Shown here: positions 9,274 to 18,872 of the stretch, in pieces | How positions within the stretch are numbered: position 1 is the first letter of the stretch | How the letters are laid out: each line of letters opens with the position of its first letter | Assembly (NCBI GenBank): GCA_002269645.1 | Contig: NIVC01001944.1 | Location: 62,001-126,000 of the forward strand | Source of the DNA: Macrostomum lignano | Lineage: Eukaryota | DNA: 64,000 nt | Reading direction: 5' to 3' | Position numbers and translations under genes: made by a program | The notes under the pieces: generated by a model | Databases searched by the model: none | The model's input: only the letters and a program-made list of their open reading frames with translations | Told to the model about the DNA's origin: nothing

Positions 9274-12200
9274 ACTACTAAGGACCCATTTATATGTTGA
9301 TTTTGGAGGTGAGGTGGGTGTCAACCCTCCTCGCCTCTCATTGGCTGGCGCCCCGATCACTAGGTGATCGATACCCGTATCGATATCGGCGCTCGGCGCG
9401 CGCGCGCCGCAGGCACGTGGCGCCAAGCGCCGTCCAGCCGCAGGCGACCCTCCCCAGCCACCGGCGACCCTCCCCAGCCGCAGGCGCACCTACCGATATG
9501 TATGCTCACCCTACCGACATGTACCCCGATATGTATGCCCTCCCGAGCCGCAGGCGCACCCTCCCTCCAGAGCAGCAGGCGCCCATGCTGCAGGCGCCCC
9601 ATGCTGCAAGCACCCCGAGTGTACACTCTCCCAAGCCGCAGGCACCCGAGTGTACACTCTCCCATGCCGCAGGCACCCCGAGTGTACACTCTCCCAGTAC
9701 GGGAGTACACTCTACCACTCTCCGATATGTATGCATACACAGATATCTAGTCAGCGATACGTACCTCATCCCCTCTCTCACCCACATCTCAACTAGAGAA
9801 ATCGAACCCAGGTCGCGCCCATACTAGGCCACTACACGGTTGTGGGGTATAGGGAGCGAGAAGTTTCAACCCTAACGCTGACGCAGCCCTGTAGCAGGGG
9901 ACAGATAACAGGCGGCCCCCTGTAGCAGTATGAGGTGGGGGTACAGAGAGACACGGGGTGTTGGGACAGAGAGGCATGTACGGGCAGAGAGGGGTGGGTG
10001 GACAGAGAGACGGCCACTAGGTTATTATACTGTTGAAGCATAGGGAGCGAGAAGTTTTAACCCCGATGCTGACGCAGCCCTGTACAGTGAGTGTGTACGG
10101 GCAGAGGGGGGTGGACAGAGAGATGTGAATAACACAACCAGCTGCAGGAGCCGGATAGAGAGGCGCATGCTAGGACAGAGAGGCAGTGTGAGTCACACAC
10201 CCCCACAGAGAGAGCCGTACAGAGGATAGAGAGCTCCCTCCCCAGTTGCAGGGGACAGAGAGGCAGGCAGGGTATGCAGGGGCATGCGAACAGTCAAGGG
10301 GCCACGCGAGGATAGAGTGGAGGAGCAGAGATGTGTATGGACAGAGAGCCGGCCACGCGTGCGTAGTGTGAGGGAACAGAAACATATGGAGCAGGAGGGA
10401 GATAGGGCGCAAACGCGCTGGGTAAGGGAGCCACACAGGGCGGTACAGTGAGACACAGGCAGGGGTGGAGCCGTGCGTGGACAGAGCTGAACGGCACGGT
10501 CGGCTGCAGGAATAGGATGATAGAGAGGCGCGGAGAGGAGGGGACAGAGAGCAGTGTGCAGGGGTAGGCAGCCACGCGGGCAGGGGAACAGAGGCGCGTG
10601 TAGCCAGTTGCAGCCCGGGGCAGAGAAGTGTGAAGGGGGCCTGGGGCAGAGTTCCGAGCAAGGCACAGAGAGGTAGGGTCCGGTAGCCATGTATAGACAG
10701 GGACCCACGCGAGGGCAGGACAGGGGAGTAGACATGCAAGTTGCATGCAAGGCCAGAGAGGTGTGCGCGGAGGGAGACAGAGAGCAGTGTGTAGGGGTAG
10801 GTAACAGCAAACTTTAGTAGAGGTGCGTGCGGGACGGAGAAACCAGTCTGAGCGTACAGAGACGTTACAGAGAGGTACACAAACATAGAACAAAGCGAGC
10901 AGAGCACATGTGTAGGGACAGAGACGTGAGGGAGAATCGACCAAAACACACTATGTATTTCCAAAAGTTGGTTTTAGTGCAACATATTTAATAGTGGGTA
11001 GTATAATAGTATGTACATAGTAGGTGTAATAGTAGTAATAATAGTAAGTATATTAGCCCAAAAGGTAGGCTAAAACAGGCTAAACTGTGTGTACGCATCC
11101 TCATCACCCCACAAGCCCCCTCTCCCGCCAGACTCACTCTTCCAAACCCTCTTATATTGCTGTATGAAGGAAAATATAGTGTAAAAATACAGATGTTAAC
11201 CGTTAGACCGCTGAAATCAGGGCACACTAGAGGGGTTTCGGGGTCGGCATGCTCTATGTAAGCTGCTTGAGGAGGTTCCAAGGGCGTTGGGAGGGTTTCC
11301 ATTATGTTTAGAAAAAAACTAGGGGCTTAAATACAACGTTTTATTCAAAAAGTAGGTTATTTTAATGAAATAGCTGACACAACATTGTAGAGAGTAGAAA
11401 TTTTTATAAGAAACCAGGCATTTTAGCAAAAATAAACCTTCAAACCACATAATATTGAATAAAAAGCAGACATTTTCAATTATAAACCGCAAGTATTTTA
11501 ATAGAAAAGTAAGCAAACAAGGCACAAAACCAGCAAATTTTACCTTTATTATTTTAATGTTACCGATAAGGTAGAGAGTAGAAACTTGTGAGCTGTACGG
11601 AGTTAGAAAGTATTAACCAATATGTATCGTATGAATTATTAGTTCAGTACCAGCCATTGGTCAAGCGAGCATTTATGAAGTTATTACGAGTGATGAAGGG
11701 ATAGAGAGCTATATACAGGAAGACAGTATCCTTCTAAACCACCACGAACAGATTGCTAATAGAGATAAGCTTTGTCTGTGTGCAGTATGAGTAAGCGAAG
11801 GCGGGGCAAATACTTTTCCACATGCCGGACAGAACAGTATTGTGCTAGGATTTCTCTCGAAATCGCGGTACGTTACTAGTTTTTATCACACCATCCAGAT
11901 GCGTCAACTAGTCAGCAGTAGTCATTTATATGTTATTAGAACTTACAAACCCAGGTCAGGTAAATATTACAAAGAGTATATTACGTACACACGCCAACTC
12001 CGAATACCAAGCCATACTAGTCTACTTGCAGTGCTCCTGGAGGGAAGGGACGGTCAAGAGTTACACACCAAGAATACATTCACACAAAGAGTACACCACT
12101 CGAGCCCCGTCCATGCGCCCCGATATGTATGACGCAGGCAACCCTCCCGACATGTATGCAGCAGGCGACCCTCCCGACATGTACCCCAACATGTACGTCG

Positions 12201-14991
12201 CAGGCGACCCTACCGACATGTACCCCGACATGCAAGTAGACTAGTATGGCTTGGTATTCGGAGTTGGCGTGTGTACGTAATATACTCTTTGTAATATTTA
12301 CCTGACCTGGGTTTGTAAGTTCTAATAACATATAAATGACTACTGCTGACTAGTTGACGCATCTGGATGGTGTGATAAAAACTAGTAACGTACCGCGATT
12401 TCGAGAGAAATCCTAGCACAATACTGTTCTGTCCGGCATGTGGAAAAGTATTTGCCCCGCCTTCGCTTACTCATACTGCACACAGACAAAGCTTATCTCT
12501 ATTAGCAATCTGTTCGTGGTGGTTTAGAAGGATACTGTCTTCCTGTATATAGCTCTCTATCCCTTCATCACTCGTAATAACTTCATAAATGCTCGCTTGA
12601 CCAATGGCTGGTACTGAACTAATAATTCATACGATACATATTGGTTAATACTTTCTAACTCCGTACAGCTCACAAGTTTCTACTCTCTACCTTATCGGTA
12701 ACATTAAAATAATAAAGGTAAAATTTGCTGGTTTTGTGCCTTGTTTGCTTACTTTTCTATTAAAATACTTGCGGTTTATAATTGAAAATGTCTGCTTTTT
12801 ATTCAATATTATGTGGTTTGAAGGTTTATTTTTGCTAAAATGCCTGGTTTCTTATAAAAATTTCTACTCTCTACAATGTTGTGTCAGCTATTTCATTAAA
12901 ATAACCTACTTTTTGAATAAAACGTTGTATTTAAGCCCCTAGTTTTTTTCTAAACATAATGGAAACCCTCCCAACGCCCTTGGAACCTCCTCAAGCAGCT
13001 TACATAGAGCATGCAGACCCCGAAACCCCTCTAGTGTGCCCTGATTTCAGCGGTCTAACGGTTAACATCTGTATTTTTACACTATATTTTCCTTCATACA
13101 GCAATATAAGAGGGTTTGGAAGAGTGAGTCTGGCGGGAGAGGGGGCTTGTGGGGTGATGAGGATGCGTACACACAGTTTAGCCTGTTTTAGCCTACCTTT
13201 TGGGCTAATATACTTACTATTATTACTACTATTACACCTACTATGTACATACTATTATACTACCCACTATTAAATATGTTGCACTAAAACCAACTTTTGG
13301 AAATACATAGTGTGTTTTGGTCGATTCTCCCTCACGTCTCTGTCCCTACACATGTGCTCTGCTCGCTTTGTTCTATGTTTGTGTACCTCTCTGTAACGTC
13401 TCTGTACGCTCAGACTGGTTTCTCCGTCCCCGCACGCACCTCTACTAAAGTTTGCTGTTACCTACCCCTACACACTGCTCTCTGTCTCCCTCCGCGCACA
13501 CCTCTCTGGCCTTGCATGCAACTTGCATGTCTACTCCCCTGTCCTGCCCTCGCGTGGGTCCCTGTCTATACATGGCTACCGGACCCTACCTCTCTGTGCC
13601 TTGCTCGGAACTCTGCCCCAGGCCCCCTTCACACTTCTCTGCCCCGGGCTGCAACTGGCTACACGCGCCTCTGTTCCCCTGCCCGCGTGGCTGCCTACCC
13701 CTGCACACTGCTCTCTGTCCCCTCCTCTCCGCGCCTCTCTATCATCCTATTCCTGCAGCCGACCGTGCCGTTCAGCTCTGTCCACGCACGGCTCCACCCC
13801 TGCCTGTGTCTCACTGTACCGCCCTGTGTGGCTCCCTTACCCAGCGCGTTTGCGCCCTATCTCCCTCCTGCTCCATATGTTTCTGTTCCCTCACACTACG
13901 CACGCGTGGCCGGCTCTCTGTCCATACACATCTCTGCTCCTCCACTCTATCCTCGCGTGGCCCCTTGACTGTTCGCATGCCCCTGCATACCCTGCCTGCC
14001 TCTCTGTCCCCTGCAACTGGGGAGGGAGCTCTCTATCCTCTGTACGGCTCTCTCTGTGGGGGTGTGTGACTCACACTGCCTCTCTGTCCTAGCATGCGCC
14101 TCTCTATCCGGCTCCTGCAGCTGGTTGTGTTATTCACATCTCTCTGTCCACCCCCCTCTGCCCGTACACACTCACTGTACAGGGCTGCGTCAGCATCGGG
14201 GTTAAAACTTCTCGCTCCCTATGCTTCAACAGTATAATAACCTAGTGGCCGTCTCTCTGTCCACCCACCCCTCTCTGCCCGTACATGCCTCTCTGTCCCA
14301 ACACCCCGTGTCTCTCTGTACCCCCCACCTCATACTGCTACAGGGGGCCGCCTGTTATCTGTCCCCTGCTACAGGGCTGCGTCAGCGTTAGGGTTGAAAC
14401 TTCTCGCTCCCTATACCCCACAACCGTGTAGTGGCCTAGTATGGGCGCGACCTGGGTTCGATTTCTCTAGTTGAGATGTGGGTGAGAGAGGGGATGAGGT
14501 ACGTATCGCTGACTAGATATCTGTGTATGCATACATATCGGGAGAGTGGTAGAGTGTACTCCCGTACTGGGGAGAGTGTACACTCGGGGTGCCTGCGGCA
14601 TGGGAGAGTGTACACTCGGGTGCCTGCGGCTTGGGAGAGTGTACACTCGGGGTGCTTGCAGCATGGGGCGCCTGCAGCATGGGCGCCTGCTGCTCTGGAG
14701 GGAGGGTGCGCCTGCGGCTCGGGAGGGCATACATATCGGGGTACATGTCGGTAGGGTGAGCATACATATCGGTAGGTGCGCCTGCGGCTGGGGAGGGTCG
14801 CCGGTGGCTGGGGAGGGTCGCCTGCGGCTGGACGGCGCTTGGCGCCACGTGCCTGCGGCGCGCGCGCGCCGAGCGCCGATATCGATACGGGTATCGATCA
14901 CCTAGTGATCGGGGCGCCAGCCAATGAGAGGCGAGGAGGGTTGACACCCACCTCACCTCCAAAATCAACATATAAATGGGTCCTTAGTAGT
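9274..14991. mobile_element. 5718-bp palindromic non-autonomous element (arms 9274-12030 and 12231-14991, 200-bp spacer), 6-bp TSD TACTTT
   Basis: The arms are reverse complements (the ORF track is mirrored around ~12130). TACTTT occurs at 9268-9273 and 14992-14997. Removing the insert restores the integrase frame MIPFAK-YNHGYKY. Confidence 0.93.
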
Positions 14992-15239
14992 TACTTTGCG
15001 AACGGAATCATTTCTACCAGATCCAGTTCCCACTGACAATCCATAGCTCGAACTACAATTGGTGCTCGGGGATAGTTTCTTCTTGATGGCTTATGTAAAG
15101 TGTAAACTGCCTGTTCGTTAAGCCAATTCTTAACAGATTTTTCTCCCACTTTGATACCTTGTTTTCGAGTCTCATTCAGAAGTTTGTTGCAACCAGAAAA
15201 ACTGGCAGGCTGCTCGGGATTAAAGAATATCTTTTCCAT
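14992..15239 (-). pseudogene. Retroviral-type integrase, 5' part
   Basis: FNPEQPASFSG...YTLHKPSRRNYPR...QWELDLVEM is the typical Polinton integrase N-terminus and carries the first catalytic Asp. Confidence 0.93.
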
Positions 15240-15586
15240 TTGCTAAAAAAATCAACTGAGACAACTTTCTTTCTTAAATGCTTAAAGGCTGCGACGAATA
15301 AAGTTTGATAGAACAACAGTGTATTTTACATGCAGTAACATATTATACGCTAAAGCAAGCATTTTAGCGGAGCACAACACAGTGATTCGATTCAGAACAG
15401 TTACAGACAAAACAAAAGGAAACTGAGTAAAGTTTAAATGAAATCAAGTTGTTAGTCAAATTGTTGAAAATGAAGTCACGCGAACTTCTGAATAAATGTT
15501 GATTTTTTACCACAATTTTTTCTCGATTACTATAATTTTTATATGCGCATGGTAATCAAAGAAATACAAAATGCGAACTATCGCTG

Positions 15587-16354
15587 TCATTTAAAAACAA
15601 GTTCACTCATCATCTTCGTCCGAGTTCGGCAGCTCGTCACGGGGTATCCACCTCGGCTCTTGACCGCATCCTGCCTGCGCAGAGCCCACGGTTGCTTGCG
15701 CTTTCTGCTGTTGTTCACCGCAGCCGCATGAGCCCGGAATTGATACCATACCAGATCTTCTTGCAAGTTTGTGTCCTCTGACGGGATGTTCCCAGCGCCA
15801 GCTCGGGGCAGAGGCGTTGAAGTCACCGGCTCAGTAACGATCGTCAGGTCTGTTGGTGAGCGGGCCTCTTCTTCACCCTCATTCGGCTCAGTCTTGATGG
15901 GAAGCTTCACTGTGACCTCTTCATCGTCGTCAGATGAGCTCAGCTCATAGTTCATTCGCATGCTTTGAGAGAGCTCTGCCAGCTGCTTGTCAATCCAACC
16001 GGAAGCGTGCCACAGTTTTTGCCACAAGAGCGGAGGCAGAGGCACTGTGTTGCGTCTCAGAAACTCCTCACAACAGTCCTCGGGCAGTCGCTTCAACCAA
16101 ATTGTTCCTTGTCTAACCTCAATAAACTTGTCAAAGCCCAATTTCACAACCTTGGTTTCACCGCTTAGAGCAACCTTCACGAGCGAGCGCTTTACCTCCT
16201 TCAGTTTCGCCCACTGATGCGTATTCAGATTGAAGCCGGGAACTCCAGGCTTGAAGCTGGCGCTGCTGCCATGCCGAAAAAACTTCCTTATGGCGATGAA
16301 TTTTTGCCCTTCAAATTCCTGCACCTGCACCTTGTAGCCTTCGCCGATGTCCAT
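15587..16354 (-). CDS. Tandem PC4/Sub1-like ssDNA-binding protein with acidic and basic tail
   Basis: DIGEGYKVQVQEFEGQKFIAIRKFF...PGVPGFNLNTHQWAKL matches the PC4 pattern. A second, degenerate copy follows: KLGFDKFIEVRQGTIWLKR...TVPLPPLLWQKL. Confidence 0.8.
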   Translation of the reverse strand: MDIGEGYKVQVQEFEGQKFIAIRKFFRHGSSASFKPGVPGFNLNTHQWAKLKEVKRSLVKVALSGETKVVKLGFDKFIEVRQGTIWLKRLPEDCCEEFLRRNTVPLPPLLWQKLWHASGWIDKQLAELSQSMRMNYELSSSDDDEEVTVKLPIKTEPNEGEEEARSPTDLTIVTEPVTSTPLPRAGAGNIPSEDTNLQEDLVWYQFRAHAAAVNNSRKRKQPWALRRQDAVKSRGGYPVTSCRTRTKMMSELVFK

Positions 16355-17096
16355 GATTCACGTTAAGTCGTCTTCAGAGATTAAAAAGTGAAGTATGATC
16401 TTAAAAAATGCTTTTCAAAGCTGGCCCTTTGATATCCCCATGGCGGAGTGGGGTGGGTGCCGGAGGGTGGGTGGATGCTAGGAAAGGGTTGGCCAGTATA
16501 CATTAGCCTCCCCCACTCCAGTTGTACAGCACTTCACACTGCAGGCACAGTGCTGGGCTGATTTCAATTCAAGCAAGCATATTACAAACATAAAACAGCA
16601 GCGGCTCCACCCAATTTCAGTGGCTTTCCCTGCGACAGAGTGCACCAACGCATTTACATAGGCGCTGTGTTCACACACTAGACAGCGATAGTTTGCATTT
16701 TTTGCTAAAAAGAAGCTACAGGCCGAAAGAGTAAGCAAACAAAAACCTGCGAATTGGCAAATTTTTAAAAGCATACGAGCCTATTATAATTTCAGTATCT
16801 TCTACTATGCATAAATGATTAAAAAACAGTTGCATTTCTATACCATCTCAAAAGTCAGACACAGCCATATACAAGCACAGTATACGCACAGCACCCACAA
16901 TTTATTTTATTCATACGCGCTTCTCGTTTTCTGCTCCTACCGCTGCTTTATGCTTACATGAAATCCTATACATGTAGTTGCAATGCTCATCCTTCCCCCA
17001 TACCTGCTACTCAGCGAAGGCTTGTAAGTTTTAGGCGATCAGGGCTCTAGGAGCCATCTCTCCAGTACGTAAACCAGTGAGATTGGCCACCCCTCT

Positions 17097-17651
17097 TATC
17101 TCCGCAGTGCTTAGCCGTCCCCAATGCACAGAGATAGGGCTCATATCTCCACAGTGCTTAGCCGTCCCCAATGCACAGAGATAGGGCTCATATCTCCACA
17201 GTGCTTAGCCGTCCCCAATGCACAGAGATAGGGCTCATATCTCCACAGTGCTTAGCCGTCCCCAATGCACAGAGATAGGGCTCATATCTCCGCAGTGCTT
17301 AGCCGTCCCCAATGCACAGAGATAGGGCTCATATCTCCACAGTGCTTAGCCGTCCCCAATGCACAGAGATAGGGCTCATATCTCCGCAGTGCTTAGCCGT
17401 CCCCAATGCACAGAGATAGAGCTCATATCTCTGCAGTGTTAACCATCCCCATGTAAAGAGATAGGGCGCCTCTCCTCCTATCTCTGCAGTGTTAACCACC
17501 CCAATGTAAAGAGATAGGGCGCCTCTCCTCCTATCTCTGCAGTGTTAACCATCCCCCAGTGTAAAGACATAGGCCGCCCCTCCTATCCCAATGCATTACC
17601 CCCTCCTCCTATCTCCGCCCTGTCGGCCGTGTTCTGCTAACCCCTACTACT
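17097..17651. repeat. Polinton TIR with 47-bp tandem units, ending CTACTACT
   Basis: About 7 copies of cagtgcttagccgtccccaatgcacagagatagggctcatatctcca (starts at 17105, 17152, 17199...), then variant units and the terminus. Confidence 0.85.
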
Positions 17652-18368
17652 CAAGCACTAAGCCACCCAACTTAGTGCTTGAAGGTTTCGGTCTAGGCCT
17701 GTCCAACTGAGTCCACAACATTTCGAACATAATTGAAACACCAGCTCCGGTATCTGATTCACATCGGATTGCATGCTCCTTTTGTCCTTCCAGTATTTTT
17801 TCTGTAATTGCAATCGGATCCCTGGGTCTCTGCTGACGGCAACAATTACTTGCCTCTGCTGTAAAAAATCCCTGTACTCAGACTTTCACTCACATGCTGC
17901 ACGGAAGGCTTTCTGGCGGCTGTCTACTTCTTCTGTTGTCGTCCTGTACGGCAAACTTTAGCGAAGTGATTATTCTTACCGCATGCGTTACACTTACACG
18001 TTTTGCCAAACGCTGGACGTTGTCCTTTCTGGTACACACCACCATACTTTGGACAAGATCTTCTTGACTCTTTAGGCGGTTGTATCCTACCCGCATCATG
18101 TGAATGCTTTGTAGCGAATCAGTCCTTGGTGCGGCCTTCATTTTTTGTCTCCAGTAGGCTTCGCTCGTAGCCTGCTTGACGTCTATTATTTATAGTTCTT
18201 GGTTATCAGCTTGCCGATAATCGCTTTGCTGTTCAGACCACGTATGAACTGATCTCTTAACCGCTCGTCGTTGTTTGAAAACTTGCACTTCTCCGCTCCC
18301 TTTAGCAGTCTTTCGGAAAAGACGCGAATTTACTCTGTTGCTTCGCGTCCGATATTTTGACATTTGAA
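17652..18368 (-). mobile_element. Inverted Gypsy gag-protease fragment
   Basis: The minus strand reads ERLLKGAEKCKF...LRDQFIRGL (gag) and SDTGAGVSIM (aspartic protease). Confidence 0.8.
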
Positions 18369-18872
18369 CCGTCCCCAATGCACAGAGATAGGGCTCATAT
18401 CTCCACAGTGCTTAGCCGTCCCCAATGCACAGAGATAGGGCTCATATCTCCACAGTGCTTAGCCGTCCCCAATGCACAGAGATAGGGCTCATATCTCCAC
18501 AGTGCTTAGCCGTCCCCAATACACAGAGATAGAGCTCATATCTCTGCAGTGTTAACCATCCCCATGTAAAGAGATAGGCCGCCTCTCCTCATATCTCTGC
18601 AGTGTTAACCACCCCAATGTAAAGAGATAGGGCGCCTCTCCTCCTATCTCTGCAGTGTTAACCATCCCCCAGTGTAAAGAGATAGGGCGCCTCTCCTCCT
18701 ATCTCTGCAGTGTTAACCACCCCAATGTAAAGAGATAGGGCGCCTCTCCTCCTATCTCTGCAGTGTTAACCATCCCCCAGTGTAAAGAGATAGGCCGCCC
18801 CTCCTATCCCAATGCATTACCCCCTCCTCCTATCTCCGCCCTGTCGGCCGTGTTCTGCTAACCCCTACTACT
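18369..18872. repeat. Second, partial copy of the Polinton TIR end
   Basis: Same 47-bp units and an identical ...GTTCTGCTAACCCCTACTACT terminus, followed by TGCTTG. Confidence 0.88.

Larger units (their letters stand above)
1..17651. mobile_element. Polinton/Maverick (adintovirus-like) endogenous element, left part outside window
   Basis: Complete core gene set (pPolB, ATPase, cysteine protease, major and minor capsid, RVE integrase). Ends in a tandem-repeat TIR with terminus ...CCCCTACTACT at 17651, the reverse complement of the 5'-AGTAGT Polinton end. Confidence 0.95.

Noticed and set aside
9294-14971. Mirrored 60-260 aa ORFs in the palindrome arms
   Set aside because: Low-complexity products of short repeats with no recognisable domain, and several are broken by indels between arms.
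16478-16774. Cys-rich RING/zinc-finger remnant in the Polinton
   Set aside because: The pattern needs a frameshift and a stop read-through, and spacing is too weak to support by eye.
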